Assembly (NCBI GenBank): GCA_963816355.1
Contig: CAWFKH010000003.1
Location: forward strand, 1,280,001-1,344,000
Direction of reading: 5' to 3'
Length of the DNA stretch: 64,000 nucleotides
Source: an uncultured Gemmatimonadales bacterium
GTDB lineage: Bacteria > Gemmatimonadota > Gemmatimonadetes > Longimicrobiales > RSA9
The first letter of the stretch is position 1, and the number at the start of each line of letters is the position of its first letter. This document shows, in pieces, positions 54,522 to 64,000 of the stretch. The notes beneath the pieces were generated by a model, which worked only from the letters and a program-made list of their open reading frames with translations, did not search any database and had not been told where the DNA came from. Position numbers and translations under genes: made by a program.

Positions 54522-55559
54522 TCAGGCGACCGGTGATGGCTCCGCTTCGCACCGCGGATCGACCTCTCCGGCAAGATAGCGCGCGGCGAGGTCGACGAGG
54601 TCGCGCGAGCCGACGAAGAGCGGGGTCCGGACGTGGAGCGCGGAAGGCTCGATGTCGAGGATGTCCCGCGTGCCGTCGGTCGCCCGTCCACCCGCCTGCT
54701 CCATGATGAGCGCGATCGGGGATGCTTCGTAGAGGAGGCGCAGCTTGCCGCTCGGGTTCTTGCGGTCGGCGGGGTACATGAAGATGCCGCCGTGGAGCAG
54801 CGTGCGGTGGAAGTCGGCGACGAGCGAGCCGACGTAGCGGGCGCGGAACGGACGGGCGCCGTCGGCGCCCTTGAAATGCTCGACCAGGTCCCGCTGCTCT
54901 TGCGACCAGCGCAGGGTGTAGCCCTCGTTGATGCTGTAGGTCCGCTCACCGGGCACGGGGATGCGGATGTCCGGGTGGCTGAGGAGGAACTCGCCGATCG
55001 ACGGGTCGAGGGTGAAGCCGTGCACGCCGTTGCCGGTCGTGTAGACGAGCATGGTCGAGGAGCCGTAGAGGACGTAGCCCGCGGCGACCTGGCGACGTCC
55101 GCGCTGCAGGCAGTCCTCCAGCACGCCGTCCCTGCCGGGCGTGCGCTTGCGGTGGATGGAGAAGATCGTGCCGACGGATATGTTCGAGTCGATGTTGGAG
55201 GAGCCGTCGAGCGGATCGAAGAGGACCACGTAGTTGCCCTTCGGGAAACGGTCCGGGATCGGAATGATCTCCTCCGCCTCCTCCGAGGCCATGCAGCAAA
55301 GGTAGCCGCCGTGGTCGAGCGCGCGGAACATGACGTCGTTGGCGAACTGGTCGAGCTTGCGCACCTGCTCGCCGTGGACGTTGACGTGGTCGGTCGCGCC
55401 GAGGATGTCGACGAGCCCGGCCTGGCGCACCTCGCGCGAGATCAGCTTCGCCGCGAGCGAGATGTCGTAGAGGATGCTGCTGAACGCTCCGGTTGCGGCC
55501 GGGTGGAGGCGCTCCTCCTCGATGATGTGACGGTCGATCGTGATGACCGAGCCCTGCAT
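54522..55559 (-). CDS. fbp: Class 1 fructose-1,6-bisphosphatase
   Basis: SEE, FDPLDGSSNID, RYVGSLVADFHR, GKLRLLYEA. Confidence 0.96.
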   Translation of the reverse strand: MQGSVITIDRHIIEEERLHPAATGAFSSILYDISLAAKLISREVRQAGLVDILGATDHVNVHGEQVRKLDQFANDVMFRALDHGGYLCCMASEEAEEIIPIPDRFPKGNYVVLFDPLDGSSNIDSNISVGTIFSIHRKRTPGRDGVLEDCLQRGRRQVAAGYVLYGSSTMLVYTTGNGVHGFTLDPSIGEFLLSHPDIRIPVPGERTYSINEGYTLRWSQEQRDLVEHFKGADGARPFRARYVGSLVADFHRTLLHGGIFMYPADRKNPSGKLRLLYEASPIALIMEQAGGRATDGTRDILDIEPSALHVRTPLFVGSRDLVDLAARYLAGEVDPRCEAEPSPVA

Positions 55560-55674
55560 GGCGCCCCTCCAGTCGAAGGTTGGCTCGTCCCGCCCCCCGC
55601 TCTCGCCGATCACGCCGTCGTCTTTCACCAGCCCTCCGCTGTCCGCTTCAGCCTCTGATCCAGCGTACGACGAT

Positions 55675-58074
55675 TCAGCGTACGACCTCGACGCGGCCGT
55701 CCGCCCACGCGCGCACGCGAACAGTACCCTCGCGGTCCGTGCGGTGCACCTCGATTCCGTGCCGCCGCAACCGCTCGATCACCTCGGGGCTGGGATGGCC
55801 GTAGTGGTTGTGCCGTCCCACCGAGACGAGCGCGACGCGCGGTCGCACCGCGTCCAGGAACGCTTCGCTGCTCGAAGTCCGACTGCCGTGGTGACCCACC
55901 TTGAGCACGGCCGCCGCGAGGCTCCCGCGCCGGGCGCGTACCACGTCCTCCTCGACATCGGACGGCGCGTCGCCGTCGAAGATCGCGGCGAAGCGGCCGA
56001 AGGAGAGGCGGAACACGATCGAATTTTCGTTCGCGTCGACCGGATCGTCAACGCTGGCGCGTGCGGGTGCGAGGATCGCGAGACGCACTCCGTCGAGCGC
56101 GAGCTCCTCTCCACGCAGCGCGCGGTACCAGCGTGCACCGTCCTGGCCGGCGGCGTGCAACGCGTCGCGCAGCCGCGCTTTCCCCGCGGGGACGGCGGGA
56201 TCGAGCACCGCGCCGACGCGCAGGTCGTGCAGCACCGCCGCCGCTCCGCCGATGTGGTCGCCGTCCGGGTGCGTCAGCACGAGCAGATCGGCGCCGCGAC
56301 CGCCGTGCCGGAGCAAGAACGGCACCACGCGGGAACGTCCGGCATCGAAGGTGGGAGTAGCCGGGCCGGTGTCCACCAGGATCCAGCGGCCTCGCGGCGT
56401 ACGGATGGCGATCGCGTCGCCCTGTCCGACGTCGATCATGTAGATGTCGAGCGCACCGCCGTTCGCGATGCGTTCGACGAGCGGCCCGGCGCTGAAGACG
56501 TCGATCGCGAATCCGACGGCGACGATCGCACCGACGCGCGGCCGCAGGCGCCTGCTACGCAGCGCGACCGCGGCGCCGATCATGGCGCACAGGGCGCCGA
56601 GCGCGACATCGCCCGGAACCGTGAAATGACCGCCGGGCGCCTCCGCCGCCAGGCGCGCCACCCGCTCCAGGGCGCCGAGTCCGAGCGCGGCCCCACCGCC
56701 CAGGAAGCGGCCGAACGAGGCGCTCGCGCCGGAGGCGAGGAGAGCAAGCGCGGTGGCCGGCACCGTCAATGCGACGATCGGAACAGCGAGCAGGCTGGCG
56801 AGCAGGCCGACCGGCGCGGCGCGTCCGAAGTGGAGCGCCGCGACCGGCGTCGTGGCGAGGAATGCGACCGCGCCCGTGGCGAGTCCGTCGGCGAGCGTCG
56901 CCGGCACCCGGCGGGGGATGCGCTCGAGTAGAGGTCTCCGGAACGCCACGATCGCGCCGGTACCGGCGAACGAGAGCTGGAAGCCGGCATCGAGCAGCGC
57001 GGCGGGGTCGAGCGCGAGAAGCGCGAGCGCGGCGGCGGCGAGGAGAGCGAACGCGTCGCTCGGACGCTGCAGCAGGCGCGCCAGCAGGATCAGGAGCACC
57101 TGCGCGGCGGCCCGTGCTGCCGCATAGGGCGCGCCGAGGAACGCCACGTACAGGATCGTGGCGCCGCCGGCGAGGAGCGCGGCGGGCGCCGGCGCGAGGC
57201 GCGCCACGCGCCCCAGGACCAGCAGAGCCGCGGCGACGACTCCCACGTGGAGCCCGGAGATCGCCAGCACGTGCGCGAGCCCGGCGTCGGCGAAGCGCTG
57301 GCGCTCCTCCGCGTCCAGTCCCTCGCGCCGGGCCAGGAGGAGCGCCTCCGCGGTCGCCGCCCGCCGGCCGAGGATCTGTCGCAGCCGGCGCTGGGCCATC
57401 CCGCGTGCGCCGAGCACCGTATGCCGGCGGGCACGGGGATCACCCTCTCCGGATGCGGGCACCCGCACCGAGTCGAGGAACAGCGTGCCCGCCATCGCCG
57501 GACGCGGCAGGAGGCCGCCGAGCGGCGGATTCCGCCGCCAGCGTCCCCACGCGACGACGGAGCGGCCGGCGTGGGGTGCGCGACTCCTCCGCGGCCACCG
57601 TACGCGGACCGTGCCGGCGCAGCCGTCGATCCACGATGCGCCCTCCCGCCGCTCCCCGACGACCGCCCCGCGCGTCGAGGCGCCACCATTCCGCAAGCGG
57701 ACGCCGCCCGGCCCCGGGCGCACGCCGCCCCTGCCCATCGCCACCGCGTCGATCCGGAAGAGCCCGCTCGCCGACGCCGGCTCCGCCTCCGGCGCGCCCA
57801 CGAGGCGCAGCCGGGCGTCGTCCGGAAAGGCGAGCCGGCAGTCGAGCCGCGTCTGCCGCGCCGCCGCGCCGCCCAGCGCTAGCGCCGCAGCGGCGAGCCC
57901 GACCCATGGGGCCGCCGGGTGGATGGCGCGCAGCATGGCCGTCACGGCGAGTGCCAGCCCACAGATCGCGAGCGCGAGCGCAGCAGCGCGGCCGGGCTGG
58001 AAGGCGAGACCGGCGAGTAGAGCGACGCCGGAGAGGAGAGCGGCGCGCGCGAGGGGAGGAAGCGGCCGCCTCAT
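55675..58074 (-). CDS. comEC: DNA internalisation competence protein ComEC/Rec2
   Basis: HVLAISGLHV, GFQLSF, DVGQGD, THPDGDHIGG, KVGHHGS, YGHP, RTD. Confidence 0.92.
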   Translation of the reverse strand: MRRPLPPLARAALLSGVALLAGLAFQPGRAAALALAICGLALAVTAMLRAIHPAAPWVGLAAAALALGGAAARQTRLDCRLAFPDDARLRLVGAPEAEPASASGLFRIDAVAMGRGGVRPGPGGVRLRNGGASTRGAVVGERREGASWIDGCAGTVRVRWPRRSRAPHAGRSVVAWGRWRRNPPLGGLLPRPAMAGTLFLDSVRVPASGEGDPRARRHTVLGARGMAQRRLRQILGRRAATAEALLLARREGLDAEERQRFADAGLAHVLAISGLHVGVVAAALLVLGRVARLAPAPAALLAGGATILYVAFLGAPYAAARAAAQVLLILLARLLQRPSDAFALLAAAALALLALDPAALLDAGFQLSFAGTGAIVAFRRPLLERIPRRVPATLADGLATGAVAFLATTPVAALHFGRAAPVGLLASLLAVPIVALTVPATALALLASGASASFGRFLGGGAALGLGALERVARLAAEAPGGHFTVPGDVALGALCAMIGAAVALRSRRLRPRVGAIVAVGFAIDVFSAGPLVERIANGGALDIYMIDVGQGDAIAIRTPRGRWILVDTGPATPTFDAGRSRVVPFLLRHGGRGADLLVLTHPDGDHIGGAAAVLHDLRVGAVLDPAVPAGKARLRDALHAAGQDGARWYRALRGEELALDGVRLAILAPARASVDDPVDANENSIVFRLSFGRFAAIFDGDAPSDVEEDVVRARRGSLAAAVLKVGHHGSRTSSSEAFLDAVRPRVALVSVGRHNHYGHPSPEVIERLRRHGIEVHRTDREGTVRVRAWADGRVEVVR

Positions 58075-58089
58075 CGGGCGGCCGGAGCT

Positions 58090-59601
<1,512 letters not shown>

Positions 59602-59612
59602 GGCGGAGCGGG

Positions 59613-60809
59613 TCAGCGGCTGAAGAGCGAGAGCGACAAGGTGAACCGCCAGAACGATTCGGAGAGACCGGTCGTCGACGCGCTGCCGCGGCCACCGCGC
59701 TCGAGCGCGGCGTCGAGGAGGGCGCCGGGGCCGATCGGCGACGGAGCGAGACGGACGCCGAGTCCGAGCGCGGCCGACCACTCCTTCGGCGTGCCGCCCT
59801 CGACGGTGAACGGCAGGGTCCCGTAGTGCATCCCGAGGCGCAGGGGGTAGGTCCGCGTGGCGGTCGCGAGGCCCTGCCATTCGAAGCCGCCGCCGAGCGC
59901 CCAGGTGTCCTGCGCGCGGCCCACGTCCTCGCCGCGGTTCCAGGCGATCGGAGCCAGGTCCGTGTCGCTCCAATGGGTCCAGTCACCGCCCGCGGCCAAG
60001 AGGAGCTTCGGCGCCAGCATCGCGCTCACGCCGCCCGCGGCGCGCAGCGGCATGGAGGCGCGGAACCCATCTTCGGCGTTGTCGACCCCCCTCGCGCGCA
60101 CCTCGCCGGACCAGGTGAGCGAGCCCGCCACGCGGACGACCGGCGCGGGATCCCAGCGGAATCCACCCGAGACGAGCGGGCCGCTGTAGCGCCAGCGGTT
60201 GAGGTCGCTGAAATTCCGCAGCGGCTCGCTCGACGTGGCCGTGTCGGCGAAGCTTCGCGTCAGCCGGCGCTGCACCTCGCCGGTGTAGAGGCCAGCGGAG
60301 ACGCCGAGAGACAGGGTGGGCGCGGCGAGGATCGCGACGCCGACCTGGAGCTGTCCCATGCCGCCCGTCGAACGCAGGACGTCGGTGACCGGGATCTGCT
60401 GACCGCGCACGCTCGCGACGCCCTCGGTCTGAATCGCCCACGACTGGTCGAGGAAGGAGCCGTAGCCGATGCTCCCGACGACCCGCGGCCCGAGCGGGTA
60501 CAGCACGCGGATCAGCGGGAATCGGGTTGCGCCGCGGTGGTCGGAGCCGTCGCCCAGCCGGATGCTCTGCGCGCTCGGCTGCATCGTCGCGGTGACGCTG
60601 CGTCGCAGCACGCCACCCACGTCCGCCGGGTTCACCAGCGATGCGTTCTCGCCGAGCAAGCCGGTCCCGATACCGCCGAGAGAGCGCGCGCGCCCGTCCA
60701 GCGGGGAGATCGGGAGGCCGAGACCAGCCGTGCCGAAGAGCGATTGGGCGTGCGCCGCAGGGACGATCGCGAAGAGCGCGACGGCCACGGCGCCAAGGAT
60801 TCGCCTCAT
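59613..60809 (-). CDS. Outer membrane beta-barrel protein (FadL-like) of unknown function
   Basis: Signal peptide AHA-Q; GLG...R.LGG...NPA plug-like motif; amphipathic strands ending FTLSLSLF. Confidence 0.7.
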   Translation of the reverse strand: MRRILGAVAVALFAIVPAAHAQSLFGTAGLGLPISPLDGRARSLGGIGTGLLGENASLVNPADVGGVLRRSVTATMQPSAQSIRLGDGSDHRGATRFPLIRVLYPLGPRVVGSIGYGSFLDQSWAIQTEGVASVRGQQIPVTDVLRSTGGMGQLQVGVAILAAPTLSLGVSAGLYTGEVQRRLTRSFADTATSSEPLRNFSDLNRWRYSGPLVSGGFRWDPAPVVRVAGSLTWSGEVRARGVDNAEDGFRASMPLRAAGGVSAMLAPKLLLAAGGDWTHWSDTDLAPIAWNRGEDVGRAQDTWALGGGFEWQGLATATRTYPLRLGMHYGTLPFTVEGGTPKEWSAALGLGVRLAPSPIGPGALLDAALERGGRGSASTTGLSESFWRFTLSLSLFSR

Positions 60810-62140
60810 CGGATCAGGGCCTCGTCGGTGATCGTGAAGACGAGCCGCAGCCGCGGCGCCAGCGCGCCGGCCGACAGCGGACCGAAGGTGCCGAAGCCGA
60901 GGTCCTGCCCGATCACCGCCGGCAGCAGCGCGAGCGTGTGCGGCGCTCCCGCGATCGTGTCGGATCCGATCAGCGCCTGGATGAAGGACCGGATCGGGAC
61001 CGCGACCAGCGCGGCGGACCCCGGCTCGAGGGTGAACGCCGAAGGCGGCGCGGTCCCCGGCTGCACGCTGACGAGATCGCCGAACGGCGACCGCTCGATC
61101 GGGATCAGGGGCGAGGTCACCACGGGCCGCGTCACGACGCCGATCGTGTCGCCGCTGCGGAAGGCAGCGGGCGCCGGCACCGGCTGGAGCAGGAGCTCGG
61201 CGGTGCTCAGCGTCGCCCGGTTCAAGGGGATCCGACAATTCGCGATCCCCGGACAGGCGAGCGTCAGCGTGTCCCAGCCCTGCCGGAACCGCAGCACGGA
61301 ACGCCACTCCGGGATGCCGCCCACCCGCAGCGCCGTCGGGGGCGGCGGCGGGTCGGGCTGAAAGATGAAGATCGAGCGCGTGACGTTGACGGCCGCCGTG
61401 ACGATCGTGTCCGGGATCGTCTTCGGCCGCGCGAGCACCGTCATCGCCACGCCCGGGCTCTCGAGCCGCACGTTCGGGTCCCGCGCAGACAGGACGATCC
61501 CGTTCGACCGCACGGTCGAGTCGCGCATCATGCGGACCGCCTGCGAGTCGACGTGGAAGATCAGCGAATCGGCGCCCGGCCTCCAGACCACGGTGTCGAT
61601 CAGCGCCCCCATCGTACCGCCCGGCTGCATCCACGCCGTCTGCACGTCGTTGGTGTCCGCCCGGTTCTGCCACGTCACCGTCGGACGATCCCACGATTCG
61701 GTGAGAAAGTTGAGTGCGAGCGTCGAGGGGCCGTCCCCGATCGTGGAGGAATCGATCCGCACCACGATGTCCGCGCCGATCACGGTCCCCGAGTCGGTGC
61801 CCGCCGAGCCGTTCGGGCCGATGACGTCGAAGATGTCCGGGATGAGCCCGAACTCCAGCAGCGTGTGCGCGTCGAGTACACCGCCGAAGTCGTTCGCCGT
61901 CACCGTGATCGCCGCGCCGGCGGGAGTCAGGAATCCCGCGAACGCCGTGTCGGAGACGAGGAAGTCCTGCGCATCCAGCACCACCTCGAAGGTGTGGACG
62001 GTGGCCCCTCGCAGCAGAGGCCCCCCGACGGTGGTGGGATCGTCGTTGCCGCACGCCGCCACGACGAGCGAAACCGCCGCGACGACCACGGCGGTCCAGC
62101 GCAGAAGGCGCGGCAGGCGACGTCGCATGGACGCGCTCAC
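60806..62140 (-). CDS. Hypothetical lipoprotein
   Basis: Lipobox VAAC; D..TVG..L after the Cys; C-terminal APRLRLVFT; 4-nt overlaps with both neighbours. Confidence 0.75.
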   Translation of the reverse strand: MSASMRRRLPRLLRWTAVVVAAVSLVVAACGNDDPTTVGGPLLRGATVHTFEVVLDAQDFLVSDTAFAGFLTPAGAAITVTANDFGGVLDAHTLLEFGLIPDIFDVIGPNGSAGTDSGTVIGADIVVRIDSSTIGDGPSTLALNFLTESWDRPTVTWQNRADTNDVQTAWMQPGGTMGALIDTVVWRPGADSLIFHVDSQAVRMMRDSTVRSNGIVLSARDPNVRLESPGVAMTVLARPKTIPDTIVTAAVNVTRSIFIFQPDPPPPPTALRVGGIPEWRSVLRFRQGWDTLTLACPGIANCRIPLNRATLSTAELLLQPVPAPAAFRSGDTIGVVTRPVVTSPLIPIERSPFGDLVSVQPGTAPPSAFTLEPGSAALVAVPIRSFIQALIGSDTIAGAPHTLALLPAVIGQDLGFGTFGPLSAGALAPRLRLVFTITDEALIR

Positions 62141-62562
62141 GGCGCCCCCTCTCCGCCGTCAGCGGCCTCGCCGCCGCGGCGCACGAAACGCTCCGGGAGC
62201 AACGCGTCGAGCCGCCACAGCGCGGTCTCGCCGCTGCGTCCGACCGAGTGCACTTCCAGCGCCGGCGCGAACTCCGCCAGCACCTGTCGGCACGCCCCGC
62301 ACGGCGGCACGGGCGCCTGCGCGTCGCTGGTCAGCACGATGCGGCGGAAATCACGGCGTCCAGCCGCCACCGCCGTACCGACCGCGACGCGCTCGGCGCA
62401 CAGGGTCAGCCCCAGCGACACGTTCTCGACGTTGCAGCCCGCGAACCACTCGCCGTCCTCCGCCTGCAGCGCGGCGCCGACGCGGAAGCGCGAGTACGGG
62501 GCGTGCGCCCGCTCCATCGCCTCGCCGGCGAGGGCGAGGCCGCGTTCAATCGCTTCTGCCAA
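62137..62562 (-). CDS. cdd: Cytidine deaminase
   Basis: [29 protein letters not shown]. Confidence 0.95.
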   Translation of the reverse strand: MAEAIERGLALAGEAMERAHAPYSRFRVGAALQAEDGEWFAGCNVENVSLGLTLCAERVAVGTAVAAGRRDFRRIVLTSDAQAPVPPCGACRQVLAEFAPALEVHSVGRSGETALWRLDALLPERFVRRGGEAADGGEGAP

Positions 62563-63694
62563 TGTGCTCGATCCTGGGTAACCTCTGCCCGAGACCCGTC
62601 AGGATCTCGTAGGCAATCGTATTCGCCTGCGCCGCCACTTGTTCCAGCGTGATCTCGTCGTCGCCGTCCCGGCCCAGCATCGTGGCGACGTCGCCGGCCG
62701 CCACTTCCGCAGCGCAATCCGTCACGTCCACCACCGTCAGGTCCATCGATACGCGCCCGACGATGCCGACGCGCTCGCCGTGGAGCAGCGCGTGTCCCAC
62801 GTCGCTCAGTGCGCGCGGCAAGCCATCGCCGTACCCGATCGCGAGCGTCGCCCAGCGCTCCCAGCGCCGCGCCACGTGGGTCGCGCCGTAGCCCACGGTC
62901 GCGCCCGGCGGCACGTCCGCCACGCGCACGACGACCGCCCGCAGCGACACCACCGGCCGCGGCTTCGCCAGGCCTTCCCCCAGCTCCGGCGCGGGATCGG
63001 CGCCGTAGAGGAAGATGCCCGGCCGGATCGCGTCCAGCGCGTATGCCGGCCAGCGCAGCGCGGCCACGCTGTTGCACGCGTGGATCAGGAGCGCGTCGCG
63101 AGGCACGCTCAGTTGCGCCAGGGCGTCCTGGAAACGGGCCCACTGCGTCGTCGCGGACGCGGGGTCCGGCGCGTCCGCGCCCTGGAAATGCGTGAAGATG
63201 CCGTTCCAGCGCACGCTCCCGTCGAGGCGCGCGAGCACGGCGGGCGCCCACTGCTGCGCGGCGCGCCAGTCGAAGCCGGCGCGCCCCATGCCGGTGTCCA
63301 CCTCCACATGAAAGTCGAGCGGCTGCGGCTCCCGCGCGGCCGCCGCCGCCCACCGGTCGAGCGCGTCCAGGTCCGAGATCGCGGCGGTCAGGCGCGCCGC
63401 GGCCGCGGCTTCCACATCCCCTGGCGGCAGCGGAGAGAACACGATCACCGGACGTTCGACACCGAGGTCCCGCAGCCCGCGCCCCTCCTCTGCCGTCGCC
63501 ACGCCGTAGCCGTACGGGGCGAGCGACTCGACGGCCCGCACGACGCGCGCGGCGCCCACGCCGTAGCCGTCCGCCTTGACCATCGGGATGCGAGCGACCG
63601 CCGGCCCGACCGTGCGACCGACCGCCTCGTAATTGGCGCGGAGGGCGTCGAGATCGACCTCGACCCAGGCGCGCCCGGGAGTCGTACTGGACAT
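62546..63694 (-). CDS. alr: Alanine racemase
   Basis: VKADGYG (PLP Lys), [33 protein letters not shown]. Confidence 0.95.
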   Translation of the reverse strand: MSSTTPGRAWVEVDLDALRANYEAVGRTVGPAVARIPMVKADGYGVGAARVVRAVESLAPYGYGVATAEEGRGLRDLGVERPVIVFSPLPPGDVEAAAAARLTAAISDLDALDRWAAAAAREPQPLDFHVEVDTGMGRAGFDWRAAQQWAPAVLARLDGSVRWNGIFTHFQGADAPDPASATTQWARFQDALAQLSVPRDALLIHACNSVAALRWPAYALDAIRPGIFLYGADPAPELGEGLAKPRPVVSLRAVVVRVADVPPGATVGYGATHVARRWERWATLAIGYGDGLPRALSDVGHALLHGERVGIVGRVSMDLTVVDVTDCAAEVAAGDVATMLGRDGDDEITLEQVAAQANTIAYEILTGLGQRLPRIEHIGRSD

Positions 63695-63724
63695 GCGCAC
63701 CAAGCGGGTTAGTATACCGGCACC

Positions 63725-64000
63725 ATGACGGAGCCGCAACCGGAAAATCGAGACGGGACACAGGGTTCCGCCGCGTCGAGCGGGCACGGATCGGGCCCCG
63801 GAGCACGCCCCGTGGAAGGCACGCGAGCCGCGGCCGCGGCCGCCGAGCGGGGCGGCGCTGCCGAGCTCGCCCGCATGTCGGAGCGCCCCGCCGCCGGCGA
63901 GCCCCGCGAGCCTGCCGGCGCATCCGCCGGCACCGATCCGTTGGGCCGTGTCCTCGAGATGGTGCGTTATCTGCGCGCGCACTGCCCGTGGGACGCGGCG
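63725..64000 (+). CDS. mazG: Nucleoside triphosphate pyrophosphohydrolase MazG, 5' part only
   Basis: Own translation from ATG 63725 ends ...LGRVLEMVRYLRAHCPWDAA, the MazG L..LR..CPWD motif; runs off the window. Confidence 0.75.
   Translation, partial: MTEPQPENRDGTQGSAASSGHGSGPGARPVEGTRAAAAAAERGGAAELARMSERPAAGEPREPAGASAGTDPLGRVLEMVRYLRAHCPWDAA

Overview
Very GC-rich bacterial DNA. Gene content and order (truA-fsa-degP-purB-purC-pssA-purS-purQ...purL...purF; mazG divergent from alr-cdd...miaB-comEC) suggest Gemmatimonadota, which is an inference. Positions 1-29.5 kb are an exopolysaccharide/surface-glycan island: two AsnB-type amidotransferases, five glycosyltransferases, an O-antigen ligase/Wzy-like protein, deacetylase, methyltransferase, heparinase II/III-like protein, bi-domain oxidoreductase, epimerase, pyruvyl transferase, a QueC-like PP-loop enzyme, a TonB-type barrel with a lipoprotein, an HpsJ-like membrane protein and a PEP-CTERM protein. 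About 2.0-10.9 kb is full of small indels that look like sequencing or assembly errors. Positions 29.6-64 kb are mostly housekeeping genes with inserted accessory genes. The best unexplained signal is at 11.57-11.80 kb on the minus strand: a sigma54-type promoter, then a complete GEMM-I cyclic-dinucleotide riboswitch with A at the Vc2-G20 specificity position (the variant linked to 3',3'-cGAMP sensing). Its 3' end overlaps an intrinsic terminator (ON-switch geometry), upstream of a roughly 1,070-aa Ig-repeat surface lipoprotein with a helical enzyme-like C-terminal domain. No rRNA, tRNA, CRISPR array or transposase was recognised.
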